Translations under genes and position numbers: made by a program | NCBI GenBank assembly: GCA_048940445.1 | Contig: JBHLON010000002.1 | Location: 1 to 64,000 of the forward strand | Direction of reading: 5' to 3' | Length of the DNA stretch: 64,000 nucleotides | From: Promethearchaeota archaeon | Lineage (GTDB): Archaea > Asgardarchaeota > Lokiarchaeia > Sigyniarchaeales > SOKP01 | Notes under the pieces: generated by a model | What the model was told of the DNA's origin: nothing | Database searches by the model: none | The model's input: only the letters and a program-made list of their open reading frames with translations | Shown: positions 1 through 10,627 of the stretch, one piece after another | How positions within the stretch are numbered: position 1 is the stretch's first letter | How the letters are laid out: each line of letters starts with the position of its first letter

Positions 1-48
1 TACAAAAATTAACAAAATTATACCAATAACTCATTAAAGAATGAATAT

Positions 49-261
49 ATGCTAGGACTAGCTTTTCAAATTTTTCGCTCAAATATTCTTCTTATTTTAG
101 CATTTGTAATCTTGCTTATTATTTCCTTTATTATCCTAATTAAATTGATAATTAATGAGTTGAAAAATCAATATTTTGAGCAAGAAATGCTGATATTTCT
201 ATTTGGGATCATATTCTTTTTGTTATTGGTTACAATATTAGGTATGAGTTTTATATCTTAA
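49..261 (+). CDS. small hydrophobic (2 TM) hypothetical protein
   Basis: 70-aa ORF with two hydrophobic stretches; in-frame stop at 10-12, so not a run-in from the window edge; could be spurious in AT-rich DNA. Confidence 0.4.
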   Translation: MLGLAFQIFRSNILLILAFVILLIISFIILIKLIINELKNQYFEQEMLIFLFGIIFFLLLVTILGMSFIS

Positions 262-436
262 TCCATCTCTGGTCATCTTATTAATCGTTTCTATACTACT
301 AATAGTATATATGATTCACAAAATAGCTTCACGGAAGGGTGAAATATCAAAGATTAATCAATTAACAACAAAAATAAGGAATTTGATCATTAAATCATAA
401 CAAATTAAATTATTAAGTTTCACGCTACGGAATTTC

Positions 437-2800
437 ATGAAAAGCGTAATTATTTTCTTAAGTGAAAAATTCCTTAAAACAATGTTTAATGAGGAATTTA
501 AATTCAAAGATAGAATCATTAATCTGCAAGAAGCAGTAAAATTGGATTCTTCTCTTAAGATAAAATCATATAAAGATAAATTACAAATGATGATTCAAAA
601 AAAAATTCCTCAAAAAGCAATAAAGGAAGTTATAGAACATCTATTTTTAAAAAATAATTTAATTTCTAAGAAAACTAAAGAATCTATATCGAAGATTGTG
701 TACTCTAAAGATGATCGTTTATTAATTCTTTTTACCAAATCTGGAAAGGATATAATCTATAATCGTGATAAATTAATCCAAATTTATGGCTGGTTTTTCT
801 ATATTGAAAAACCAGAAAAGAAGAAAAAGGAACATAAAAAAAGTGGTCTAAAAAAGGAAGAGAAAACTCTCAGTACAGAAACCTACTTCTACAATAATCA
901 TTCTATAATACTTAAAGAAAAATGTAATATGCGTTCTCTTTATAATACAAAAGAATACTTCTACTATAAAAAAATCTTAAAATCAGAACATATAATTCAA
1001 ATGTCAATCAAAGAAGTATTAGACGATTTTTTTCTTAAGAATGAAAAGGTACCTGTTAAAGAAAAAGAATCTATAAAGAAGATAATCTATTATCAAGAAG
1101 AAAGGGTAATAGTCCTTAAATCTCTTATTGGAGATATTATGTATGAGAATCTTAAAGAACTTGTTAAGAAATATGGATGGTACTTTTATATTACCGGAGT
1201 ACATGTAGGTTCTAGTGACCTCTCTATTGCTATTGATAAAATTGAGAAAAGATTTGATGAGACATATTTTAATAATGTTTCTCTAGGGTATGAAACAAAT
1301 AATAATGAAAAGATACGTCTTAGTATTTATCCAATTGTTTTAAAACCAAATCATAACTGTCACATCTTGGGTTTGGGAAAAATAAATATATTACTAGACT
1401 GTGGATTGACAGAACCTAACGAAGAACAGAACATTGAAGGTGATTTAAGACACATAGAGTTTTATCTAAAAAATTATTATGATTTAAGGAAAGAAGAAAC
1501 TAAAAATAAAATTGAAAATCAAAATGAAGACCAGTGTCATGAAGAAGAAATAAGGAATTATCAACAAAATACTAATTATAATCTCTCTTCTTATGAACCA
1601 AAAATAGATGCGATATATCTTTCTCACAGCCATTATGATCATGTTTCTGGTCTAAAGGAATTGATTAAACGTTATCCAAATACCCCAATTCTATGTTCAA
1701 GAATCACTCTCGATTTATATCTTCTTCGAGATTCTAATTTCTTAAAACAAGAGTCTCATAATGAAATTGAAGAAGAGGATTATAAAAATATTATAAAAAA
1801 TGTAATTTACGTCGAAAATGGTACAAAATTAAGATTTAAGGATAAAAAATGTTACCTTTCTTTTTATCATGGAGGCCATATGCCTGGAGCTTTAATGATT
1901 CTCGCAAAAGTAAAAGATTTTAGATTTTTGTATACTGGTGATTACACCTATCATGATATTACTCCATTTGCTGGCACCAGAAGATTTTTAGGTCAAATCT
2001 CTCGACCTATTGATTATCTTCTGATCGATGGAACAAGTGCTCGGGAGGATTTCGGTAATTTATCAGATCAGTTTCATAGTCTAATACTCTTCTTAGAACA
2101 GAAAGCAGAGTATGAAGATAATGTTTTAATAGGTGCAGATCCTTCAAGTTTGGCAATTACTTTCATGTTAATTTTCTGGAGATATTTCAGAAAATTACAG
2201 TTAAGGAGAGATTTCAAGAAACGCCCAAACATTTATGTTGATATGATGGTTCGAAAAAACATTCAAGTTATTAATCATAGATACGAATATATCTATGGAC
2301 CTATTTCTAATTTAATTCGTGAAAAAGCAAATCCATTTAATAGTATCAAATTTCGATGGTTTGATCTTGAAGATTTAGGTTTTTTGAGGGGGAAAAATAA
2401 TATCATTATATCCCACCCTCCAGATCTTTCTTATGGAATTATTAGAAATATTATAAATGTTATTGGACGTAATCCCCATAATCTCGTATTTCTGGCGGGA
2501 TCAGTCAATGAAAAGCCCGGTGAGGATTTAATTAAAGGAAGTAACGAAATAATTTTTTCAGACACGTGGAAAGTGCCTTTTCGAGCATTATTAATTAATA
2601 CTTTTGTGCCGTCTCTCAACATTAAGTTACATGCTGATAAGAATCAATTAACAGAGATGATAAAATCTCTGGAACCTAAACATGTATGCTTCTTTCATCA
2701 ATCTGCTAAAAATCTCGTTGAAGTGGCTGATTATGTAAAAGAATTAGGAGTCGAGAGGGTATCCCTCCCTAAGAAAAGAATACTATCTTTATTAAATTAA
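437..2800 (+). CDS. beta-CASP metallo-beta-lactamase ribonuclease (aCPSF1-like paralog) with duplicated degenerate KH-like N-terminal domains
   Basis: MBL motifs LLDCG, SHSHYDH, GHMPGA, YTGD, and beta-CASP motifs IDGT, LHAD, FFH; two N-terminal repeats each ending in YGW(F/Y)FYI. Confidence 0.8.
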   Translation: MKSVIIFLSEKFLKTMFNEEFKFKDRIINLQEAVKLDSSLKIKSYKDKLQMMIQKKIPQKAIKEVIEHLFLKNNLISKKTKESISKIVYSKDDRLLILFTKSGKDIIYNRDKLIQIYGWFFYIEKPEKKKKEHKKSGLKKEEKTLSTETYFYNNHSIILKEKCNMRSLYNTKEYFYYKKILKSEHIIQMSIKEVLDDFFLKNEKVPVKEKESIKKIIYYQEERVIVLKSLIGDIMYENLKELVKKYGWYFYITGVHVGSSDLSIAIDKIEKRFDETYFNNVSLGYETNNNEKIRLSIYPIVLKPNHNCHILGLGKINILLDCGLTEPNEEQNIEGDLRHIEFYLKNYYDLRKEETKNKIENQNEDQCHEEEIRNYQQNTNYNLSSYEPKIDAIYLSHSHYDHVSGLKELIKRYPNTPILCSRITLDLYLLRDSNFLKQESHNEIEEEDYKNIIKNVIYVENGTKLRFKDKKCYLSFYHGGHMPGALMILAKVKDFRFLYTGDYTYHDITPFAGTRRFLGQISRPIDYLLIDGTSAREDFGNLSDQFHSLILFLEQKAEYEDNVLIGADPSSLAITFMLIFWRYFRKLQLRRDFKKRPNIYVDMMVRKNIQVINHRYEYIYGPISNLIREKANPFNSIKFRWFDLEDLGFLRGKNNIIISHPPDLSYGIIRNIINVIGRNPHNLVFLAGSVNEKPGEDLIKGSNEIIFSDTWKVPFRALLINTFVPSLNIKLHADKNQLTEMIKSLEPKHVCFFHQSAKNLVEVADYVKELGVERVSLPKKRILSLLN

Positions 2801-2888
2801 ATAATCACAATTTAAGGCTAATCATTAAAAGCTTAATTTAATAATTCATAATTAGAAAAATAATAATCAAATTTCAAAGTGATTCAAG

Positions 2889-3266
2889 ATTTACTCTGAA
2901 AAAGTTATGGATCATTTTAAAAATCCTCGAAATATGGGAGAAATGAAGAACGCGGATGCAATTGGGCAATATGGAAATCCAGTTTGTGGGGATTTGATGT
3001 ACATATATATTAAAGTTAAGGAAGAAGGTGGAAATGAAATAATAGAAGATATTTCATTCCAGACATTTGGATGTGCGGCAGCTATAGCAACTTCTTCAAT
3101 GATAACTGAATTAGCGAAAGGTAAATCGCTAGATGAAGCCTATAAAATAACTAGAGATGATGTGGCTAGTTCATTAGATGGACTTCCTCCTATAAAATTA
3201 CATTGTAGCAATTTAGCTGCTGATGCTTTACATGATGCTATTGAAAAATATCGAAAAAAAAAATAG
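2889..3266 (+). CDS. iscU: Fe-S cluster scaffold protein IscU/NifU-like
   Basis: DHFKNPRNMG, GNPVCGD, FQTFGCAAAIA, LPPIKLHCSNLA; the conserved YSEKV N-terminus lies upstream of ATG 2907, so the start is extended to ATT 2889 (see findings). Confidence 0.92.
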   Translation: MYSEKVMDHFKNPRNMGEMKNADAIGQYGNPVCGDLMYIYIKVKEEGGNEIIEDISFQTFGCAAAIATSSMITELAKGKSLDEAYKITRDDVASSLDGLPPIKLHCSNLAADALHDAIEKYRKKK

Positions 3267-3446
3267 AAAACCTGTCCGGTTAAATTTATAGTACTACACC
3301 CTATTATTAATATTTTAATTATTAATAAAAAAAATATTTCTGAAATTATTAGCCATAAAAGCATTTTATTTAAGTTTTATAATCAGTATTTATAATAATT
3401 TCATTTTCTTTCTTTTTTATTGATGTTCCTAAATAGGTGAATTTTA

Positions 3447-6275
3447 GTGGAATCTAAAGAAAAAGTAAAAATAAAGCTTGGCGGTATGACATGTGCTTCA
3501 TGTGCATTAAAAATAGAAACCAAATTGAAAAATCTCGAAGGAGTGAGTAGTTCAGTTGTGAATTTTGCTAATGAGGAAGCTACTGTAGAATACAATCCTT
3601 CTAAAACAAATTATAACACATTTAATTCTGCTATACGCAACTTGGGATATAAAGCATCACTGGCAAAAATGGATCTTAAGGTAGTTGAAAGTCTAAATAT
3701 GGACGATTTTAAAACTCTTGAAACTAAGATCTTACAGATTAATGGTATTAACAGTATTAGAAGCAATTTTGAAACTAAGAAGTTCTTTATCGAGTTTAAT
3801 GAATTAAAAATAACTGAAAATGAAATATTTTCAACAGTTAAAAGCTTTGGCTATAAAATTGAAAAAGCAGCAGGAGCTATAGATAAAGAAGTTGAACAAC
3901 ATAAAAAAGAAATGAGATACAGGTTGATTCTACTTATTATTTCAATAATTTTTGCAGGAATTATTTCGCCAATTAATTTTGTTGTTCCATTCTCCTTTAC
4001 AAGAAATCTTATCCTTACAATTTTAGCGACAGCTAACTATGGAATTTCGGGCTCATTTTTCTTGAATGGAGCTTATAAGTCTCTCAAAAATAAAACAACG
4101 AATATGGATGTTCTAATTGTCTTAGGGACCACAACAGCATATATATATTCATTATTGACAACTTTTTTCATCAAAGGTGAAGTTTTTTACGATGCAATGA
4201 GTATGATTCTTGCTTTTATCTTAATAGGTAAATATTTAGAACATAAAACGAAAGGTCAAGCTTCTGAAGCAATAAAAAAACTTATAGGATTACAACCTAA
4301 GACTGCAACCTTAATAAAAGATAATCAAGAAATCGAAATTCCAATCGAAGAAATTGAGATTGGGGATACACTGTTAGTTAGACCGGGTGAAAAAGTTCCA
4401 GTAGATGGGAGAGTAATTGAAGGTAAAACCAAAGTTGATGAATCAATGATTACAGGGGAAAGCAAATATGTAAAAAAAGGGATAGGAGACAATGTCATTG
4501 GAGCCACGGTAAATCAAACAGGATTAATAAAGATGACAACAGAAAAGATTGGTAAAGAAACCCTTCTTTTTCAAATTATTGATTTTGTTAAAGAAGCTCA
4601 AGCTCGAAAAGGATCAAGACAACGCTTGGCAGATAAAGTGAGTAGTTATTTTGTTCCAATTGTTATTATAACCGCAACTATTGCTTTTTTGGGTTGGTAT
4701 TTCTTTGGAGGCCCAGATATTGGACTTGAAGGCGCTTTATTGGTTTTCACCTCTGTTGTTGTTATATCTTGTCCCTGTGCCTTGGGTTTGGCAATACCAA
4801 CAGCAATAATGGTTGGAACTGGGAAAGGTGCTGAAAATGGAATTTTAATGAAAGGAGGAGATTCTTTAGAAGCTATAAATGATATTAACACAGTAGTTTT
4901 TGATAAAACGGGTACTCTAACAATAGGAAAACCAAAAGTTACCAGTATTTTTTCTGAAAAGGATTTAAAAGGTACAGGGATAAACTCAAAAGAAGTACTT
5001 TATTTTGCTGGTAGTGCTGAAATGGGATCTGAACATCCCCTAGGACAAGCTATAATTGAAGAAGCCAACCAACAAGGTCTATCTCTTATCACTCCAAATG
5101 ACTTTGATGCTATTCCGGGAAAAGGAATAATAACTAATATAGATAGTATGCAGATTATGGTAGGTAATGAAAAATTATTTTCTGAAAATAATATTTCATT
5201 TAATGAATATAATTCTAAGTATAATGAATATCAACAACATGGATACACCACTGTATTGATTAGTATTGATGAAGAAGTTAAAGGTTTGATTGGAATAGCT
5301 GATAAAGTGAAAGATCAGGCTCCATATGCTTTAGAACAACTGAGAGAAAAAGGATTAGATATCTATATGTTAACTGGTGATAATAAACAAACAGCAATGA
5401 GCATTGGAAAAGAGTTAAATTTTGATTCAGAACATATATTAGCAGAAATACTGCCTAATGAGAAAGCTCTTACAATAAAAAATATTCAAGAATCTGAGAA
5501 AAAAGTAAAAGTTGCAATGGTTGGAGATGGTATAAATGATGCTCCTGCATTAGCACAAGCAGATGTTGGAATAGCAGTTGGATCTGGAACCGATGTAGCA
5601 ATTGAAACTGCTGATATTGTGTTGATGAGAGGTGATTTAAGAAATGTAGTTGCAGCAATTAATTTATCTCAGAAAACATATCGAAAAATGATAACAAATC
5701 TATTTTGGGCATTTATATATAATATTATTGGAATTCCACTAGCAGCTGGGTTATTATATACATTTACTGGATTTTTCCTTCCTCCATATTTAGCTGCTAT
5801 ATTTATGGCTTCAAGTTCTGTTTCAGTTGTTACAAATGCGTTGTTTTTGAAAAGGTATGAGCCAAAAACTAAACAACAAATCGAAGAAATGAAACGTTTA
5901 ACTGAAAAAAGAGTAATAGATCCTATATGTGGAATGGAAATTATTCCCAGTCAATCAATTGAATATAAATATAATGGAAAAGAATATTATTTCTGTAGTG
6001 CCGCATGTGAAAAAGAATTTAAATCAAATCCAGAAAAATACGCTAACTTTGATAATATTAATCCAAAAATTATGCAAAAACCAGTAGATTCATCAACATT
6101 AGTAACTGATCCTGTTTGTGGAATGACTGGAAAACCAGAAGATTGGATTGAATATGAATATTCGGGTAAAAGGTATTATTTCTGCAATCAATCTTGTTTA
6201 ACAGAATTTAAAAACGCTCCTGAAAAATTCATTTCTAATATCCAAGATTCTGAAAAAAATATTAATAAATTATAA
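3447..6275 (+). CDS. copA: copper-translocating P1B-type ATPase with N-terminal HMA domains and two C-terminal YHS domains
   Basis: [33 protein letters not shown] and MASSS Cu(I) transmembrane ligands; two DPxCGM...YYFC repeats; SD-like AGGTGA before the GTG start. Confidence 0.95.
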   Translation: MESKEKVKIKLGGMTCASCALKIETKLKNLEGVSSSVVNFANEEATVEYNPSKTNYNTFNSAIRNLGYKASLAKMDLKVVESLNMDDFKTLETKILQINGINSIRSNFETKKFFIEFNELKITENEIFSTVKSFGYKIEKAAGAIDKEVEQHKKEMRYRLILLIISIIFAGIISPINFVVPFSFTRNLILTILATANYGISGSFFLNGAYKSLKNKTTNMDVLIVLGTTTAYIYSLLTTFFIKGEVFYDAMSMILAFILIGKYLEHKTKGQASEAIKKLIGLQPKTATLIKDNQEIEIPIEEIEIGDTLLVRPGEKVPVDGRVIEGKTKVDESMITGESKYVKKGIGDNVIGATVNQTGLIKMTTEKIGKETLLFQIIDFVKEAQARKGSRQRLADKVSSYFVPIVIITATIAFLGWYFFGGPDIGLEGALLVFTSVVVISCPCALGLAIPTAIMVGTGKGAENGILMKGGDSLEAINDINTVVFDKTGTLTIGKPKVTSIFSEKDLKGTGINSKEVLYFAGSAEMGSEHPLGQAIIEEANQQGLSLITPNDFDAIPGKGIITNIDSMQIMVGNEKLFSENNISFNEYNSKYNEYQQHGYTTVLISIDEEVKGLIGIADKVKDQAPYALEQLREKGLDIYMLTGDNKQTAMSIGKELNFDSEHILAEILPNEKALTIKNIQESEKKVKVAMVGDGINDAPALAQADVGIAVGSGTDVAIETADIVLMRGDLRNVVAAINLSQKTYRKMITNLFWAFIYNIIGIPLAAGLLYTFTGFFLPPYLAAIFMASSSVSVVTNALFLKRYEPKTKQQIEEMKRLTEKRVIDPICGMEIIPSQSIEYKYNGKEYYFCSAACEKEFKSNPEKYANFDNINPKIMQKPVDSSTLVTDPVCGMTGKPEDWIEYEYSGKRYYFCNQSCLTEFKNAPEKFISNIQDSEKNINKL

Positions 6276-6293
6276 AAGGAGGAAAATAAAAAA

Positions 6294-6461
6294 ATGGCAA
6301 AATTGGTATGTGATGAATGTGGATTCGAACAAACAATCCCAATGCATTGTGGTAAACCAATGCATCAAGAAGGAGACCAACTAGTTTGTTGGATGGGTGA
6401 TGCTTGTGGTTCTGAACCTATTCCTATGCATCATGGTAAGGCCATGAAGTTGGTTCAATAA
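6294..6461 (+). CDS. 55-aa Cys/His/Met-rich tandem-repeat metal-binding microprotein (not in ORF track)
   Basis: AGGAGG at 6277-6282, ATG 6294, TAA 6459-6461; MAKLVCDECGFEQTIPMHCGKPMHQEGDQLVCWMGDACGSEPIPMHHGKAMKLVQ. Confidence 0.88.
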   Translation: MAKLVCDECGFEQTIPMHCGKPMHQEGDQLVCWMGDACGSEPIPMHHGKAMKLVQ

Positions 6462-6466
6462 TTTAT

Positions 6467-7747
6467 TTAACTTTTTTTTCTTTTTATCAAGATTTCTAAT
6501 AATATAATAATTAACAAGCCGAATTCAGTAATTAGTGCTGCCATATTAAATGAAAATTGATATGCAAAAACTTCGTTTAATCCTTTATTTAACAATAAAT
6601 CAATAGTTGGTCCGGAAATTAAAGTGCCAGCTAATCCCCACGAAAGAAAGAATGTAGTATTATATACACCAAATAACTTTGCTCTTACTTTTTCAGGGAT
6701 CAAATTTGACGCGAGAGTGTAAGATGAAGCTGTTATGATAACGTCTCCCGCTCCAAAAATAAAACTACCAATATAAATTAAAGATAGATCTACGGTAAAA
6801 GCTGTAATAATTAAAGCAATAATAGCTAAGCAAATACCAAATATAAATGTAGTATATTGCCCTAACTTTTTACTAAAAAATCCTGTACTAAATCCAATAA
6901 TAAGAACTGCTAACGAACGCGTATTGGCAATATAACTTAAATTTATACTGTCTACATTAAATCCTGAATCCAAGACGAGATATTGGCTGTATGTAGTAGC
7001 TATTGAATTTCTCCCAAAATTGATAAAGATTAGAGCAAATATAAATATAATAAAGATCCACTTAAATTTGGAATTTACTTTCTTATGATTTATTTCATTC
7101 ACTTGAGAGTTAGGTTTTTTACGCATGTGAGTTATGCCCCCTTCTGGAGTAAAAAGCATCGGTAGAGTGGAAATAAACATTACGAACGAGGCTATAAAAA
7201 AAAGTGGACCATTTCTAAACCCAAAACCATTATCATAAAGATAACCACCTATTGTTATTCCAATTATTCGGCCAAGTCCCCCAATACTAGTTAATTGTCC
7301 CATAATTCTATTTCTATCTTGTGATGGGTAAAGATCGCTTATAAGAGCACTCCATCCAATGTTAGACATTGACCAAAAGGCTTCAATACAAGTCAGCCCT
7401 ATGATGATCACCAAACCAGCAATAAACAAATTATCAAATCTAGTATGAATAAACCATACTATAATTGTTCCCACTCCTGCTAAAATTTCACCTAAAATTA
7501 TTAATGTTCTACGCCTTTGAAATTTATCACTTATAGGACCCCATACAAAATTTTGGAAGATTACGCTCATTATCATAGGAAAAGTTGCATAAAGTGTAGT
7601 CATTGTTACTGAAAGTGACAGAAAATCTCGCATGTAGATTGATAAGTAAGTGTAAAATAATCCTCTTCTAAACATTGCCAGCATTTGAAAAGAGGATAAC
7701 CCTAAAAATGTCTTAGTTATGTTTTTCTTGATCCTATTTAATCCCAA
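6467..7747 (-). CDS. MFS transporter
   Basis: About 12 TM segments, motif A-like WGPISDKFQRRR, two-fold pseudo-symmetry; TTG start. Confidence 0.88.
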   Translation of the reverse strand: MGLNRIKKNITKTFLGLSSFQMLAMFRRGLFYTYLSIYMRDFLSLSVTMTTLYATFPMIMSVIFQNFVWGPISDKFQRRRTLIILGEILAGVGTIIVWFIHTRFDNLFIAGLVIIIGLTCIEAFWSMSNIGWSALISDLYPSQDRNRIMGQLTSIGGLGRIIGITIGGYLYDNGFGFRNGPLFFIASFVMFISTLPMLFTPEGGITHMRKKPNSQVNEINHKKVNSKFKWIFIIFIFALIFINFGRNSIATTYSQYLVLDSGFNVDSINLSYIANTRSLAVLIIGFSTGFFSKKLGQYTTFIFGICLAIIALIITAFTVDLSLIYIGSFIFGAGDVIITASSYTLASNLIPEKVRAKLFGVYNTTFFLSWGLAGTLISGPTIDLLLNKGLNEVFAYQFSFNMAALITEFGLLIIILLEILIKRKKS

Positions 7748-7860
7748 TTTATTTCATGGAGTAAAGTAGATTAAAATTTAAAACATTAAAATATTGAATA
7801 CTTCTTGAATGTTTACGAAAAAATATTGTATGCAAAACACCCTAAAATTTATATTTTGCG

Positions 7861-10173
7861 TTATACAAAAATATCTATTTGCTTTTTTGGAAAAACAGCA
7901 AAAATTTTGGAAATTGGTTCACCAACTAATAGTTTTTCTTGAACTTGCAAATGGATTGGAAAATAATCATTCAGAATTTTATAAATATAATTCCATTGTT
8001 GTTGTTCTTCTGTTACATTTTTTATTTTTGTTCTTATTTTAGAAAAGTGAGTCTTTGATTTTTTTCTTTTAAGATTCCTTATAAATTGCTTAACTATTTC
8101 TATTTTTTCTCCAGCAAATTCTTTTGGTCTAAAATTTGCATATGAATAAGCTAAGGCATCATCTACAATCGGAATAAAACTTACTACTTTATCCTCAGGC
8201 TCATCGGGATTTTCTAGAAGCCTAAACTCAATATCATGTTTACTAATACTTTCAAGGATCGGATAAAGTTCTCCTGGTGTTATTTTTGTTCTCAATTGAA
8301 TTTCTGAAGCTACTTCAGATATCGGAAATTGGAACAAAGGATATTTATCTTTATTTTCAATTCGATAAATGTATTCACTTTTTAACATGTTAATTATTGA
8401 ATCTTTTAATACTTCTGGGACATCTCTTTTTGTGAATGAAATGGTAGCTTCTTTCTTTTTTTTCTCAGTTAACCTTTCCTCTTTTAATTTTTTACTATAA
8501 GTGCTGGTAAGTGAAGACACAAAAATATCTGAAGCTTTATCTGGTTCTGAAACCTTATTCAATTTAAATAGATCTGGTGATTTTTTTGTCATAGTTTCAT
8601 ATAATCTCTTAGATAAATATGATTTAGCTTTTTTTTGCGCTACTTCCTTTTTATCAAACTTTTGTATGACTGATACAAAATCTATAAACTTTTGGGTTCC
8701 ACCGTGCTCACTCCTTGCTTTTCTAACTATAATATCGATATCGCTATCAACTAATTCATTGATAAGTGAATATATTGCATTTTTAGGTAGTTTCGTAGCT
8801 TTTATTAACTCACGATCCAAAATTTCGATAGGATATGCTTCACCTCTCCTAATATATTCGCTTTTCAATAAATTATAGATAATATCCATTTTTTCCGCTT
8901 CTTTGTCGATTGTTTCTTTTTGTAATCGAATGAACATCGATGTTTCATGAGGTTTTATATAATATACCAATAAAGTAATTCCTAGAAACAATATCATAAG
9001 AATCGAGACTATGTATTTATCAAACATCAAGAAATTTCCAATAATACTTATTTCTTGGTTAAAGATTTGAGCTTGTAATCCGAAGCGGGTTAATGTTTGA
9101 GCAATAACACATCCTAGAATTAACATAATCAATCCATCTCTCTTAAATACAAATATTTGCCACCCTAGAGACCTCCCTAATTTAAGAATGATCCTATATA
9201 AGAAAAGCATAGAAATTATGAACTCAAAAATAAAAATATATGAAACTGTAGAGCTTGTAGCACCAAATTTGGCTTTTAAAGCATTTATGGTTTCAGGTCT
9301 TAGTAGTAAAAAGATACTTACTTGAAATATTTGGAAGAAAAAAATGAAGAATATAATCAAAGAAAAGGTATAATTGTCATATAACCCTGCTCTTTTTGTT
9401 TCTGCCTTTCTACGAGTGAATATAAATTCAAAAATGATAAATAATAGTGTCATAATTAAACTAAAATAAATTAATGGCATTACTAATCTCATTTCAGTTT
9501 GATATACTTCAACTGCTTCTTGGGGGTTAGTAGATCCAAGAAAATCTAAAGAAATAAATACAAGTCCAAGACGATAAAACAAAGCTAATAAAATTAATGA
9601 GCCTAAAATTAAATAAGGAGAGATTCCTGCCAAAAATTTACGAGAACTTGAATATTTTGCTATTAATTTTGCTTCTAATTTAGTAGCAAATTTTCTAGAA
9701 TACATATAAAATCTTGTACTCAATAAGATCAACCAAATTGAAGATAACAGAAACAAATAAGTCATTAAATTTAAGTTCGTAGTGAATAAAACTAAGAAAA
9801 AAAAGTAGAATATAACTCCTACTCCCAGATAAATTATTGTTTGCTTAATAACCGAATGCTTCTCAAAAATAAAACTTCTTATCTTATTATTACTATAAAG
9901 AAAAGACAAAAGAATAAATAAAGCAACTACAGCATTTCCAACTAAAAACACTTGTTCAAAGAGTAATGGAAACGTAATTTCGGATGTATTCATTAGGGTT
10001 AATAATAGTAAAGAAGTTAAAGTAAACAATACATAAATTCCTATAAACTTTTTACTAAAAGCATAAGATTTTGATGGCTCCTTTCCTTCTAAATAAACTT
10101 CTTTAATGAATAACTTCTGATAAATTGGTTTTAATTTATTCTTAATTTTTTGTATGGACTCTTTAGATTTCAT
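7861..10173 (-). CDS. polytopic membrane protein with large cytoplasmic C-terminus containing two related winged-helix-like repeats
   Basis: About 400 aa of multiple TM helices followed by two repeats starting N(L/M)LKSEYI. Confidence 0.75.
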   Translation of the reverse strand: MKSKESIQKIKNKLKPIYQKLFIKEVYLEGKEPSKSYAFSKKFIGIYVLFTLTSLLLLTLMNTSEITFPLLFEQVFLVGNAVVALFILLSFLYSNNKIRSFIFEKHSVIKQTIIYLGVGVIFYFFFLVLFTTNLNLMTYLFLLSSIWLILLSTRFYMYSRKFATKLEAKLIAKYSSSRKFLAGISPYLILGSLILLALFYRLGLVFISLDFLGSTNPQEAVEVYQTEMRLVMPLIYFSLIMTLLFIIFEFIFTRRKAETKRAGLYDNYTFSLIIFFIFFFQIFQVSIFLLLRPETINALKAKFGATSSTVSYIFIFEFIISMLFLYRIILKLGRSLGWQIFVFKRDGLIMLILGCVIAQTLTRFGLQAQIFNQEISIIGNFLMFDKYIVSILMILFLGITLLVYYIKPHETSMFIRLQKETIDKEAEKMDIIYNLLKSEYIRRGEAYPIEILDRELIKATKLPKNAIYSLINELVDSDIDIIVRKARSEHGGTQKFIDFVSVIQKFDKKEVAQKKAKSYLSKRLYETMTKKSPDLFKLNKVSEPDKASDIFVSSLTSTYSKKLKEERLTEKKKKEATISFTKRDVPEVLKDSIINMLKSEYIYRIENKDKYPLFQFPISEVASEIQLRTKITPGELYPILESISKHDIEFRLLENPDEPEDKVVSFIPIVDDALAYSYANFRPKEFAGEKIEIVKQFIRNLKRKKSKTHFSKIRTKIKNVTEEQQQWNYIYKILNDYFPIHLQVQEKLLVGEPISKIFAVFPKKQIDIFV

Positions 10174-10297
10174 AACCTAAGGATATTTAATTTAAATTTA
10201 TATAAATGATTTTTTTCTTTTATAAATTAGTATACATTTCGGTGTAATTAAAAAGTGAAATATTATGAAATTATTTTTATTTAGATAAAACCTTAAG

Positions 10298-10609
10298 ATG
10301 AAAATTTTAAAAATATTCAAAAATAATAATAATATGAGCATGGAAAACGAGCAAGATAAAGAAACGATCTTAAAATTAGTCAAACAAGCAATTGAGATGC
10401 TCTGCGAAAAAAATATTTCTGAGGTAGTTGTACTTTCTTCATATAAAATTAACTCCATTTTAAAAGAGAATTATGGAGCAGATATTAGAGTAGATAAAAT
10501 TGGTAGAATATTAAGCAATATTGCAGAGAGAAATAAGTTGAAAAGGCTAAGTACAAATATTCCAAAATATAAACTTAAAATTTCAAAACTTTCATCATTA
10601 GAATTTTGA
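10298..10609 (+). CDS. small basic winged-helix-like hypothetical protein
   Basis: Helix-helix-helix-strand pattern (SSYKINSILKENYG...VDKIGRILSNIAE...KYKL); the real start may be a later Met. Confidence 0.6.
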   Translation: MKILKIFKNNNNMSMENEQDKETILKLVKQAIEMLCEKNISEVVVLSSYKINSILKENYGADIRVDKIGRILSNIAERNKLKRLSTNIPKYKLKISKLSSLEF

Positions 10610-10627
10610 AGGTAGTATCAGAACTAT

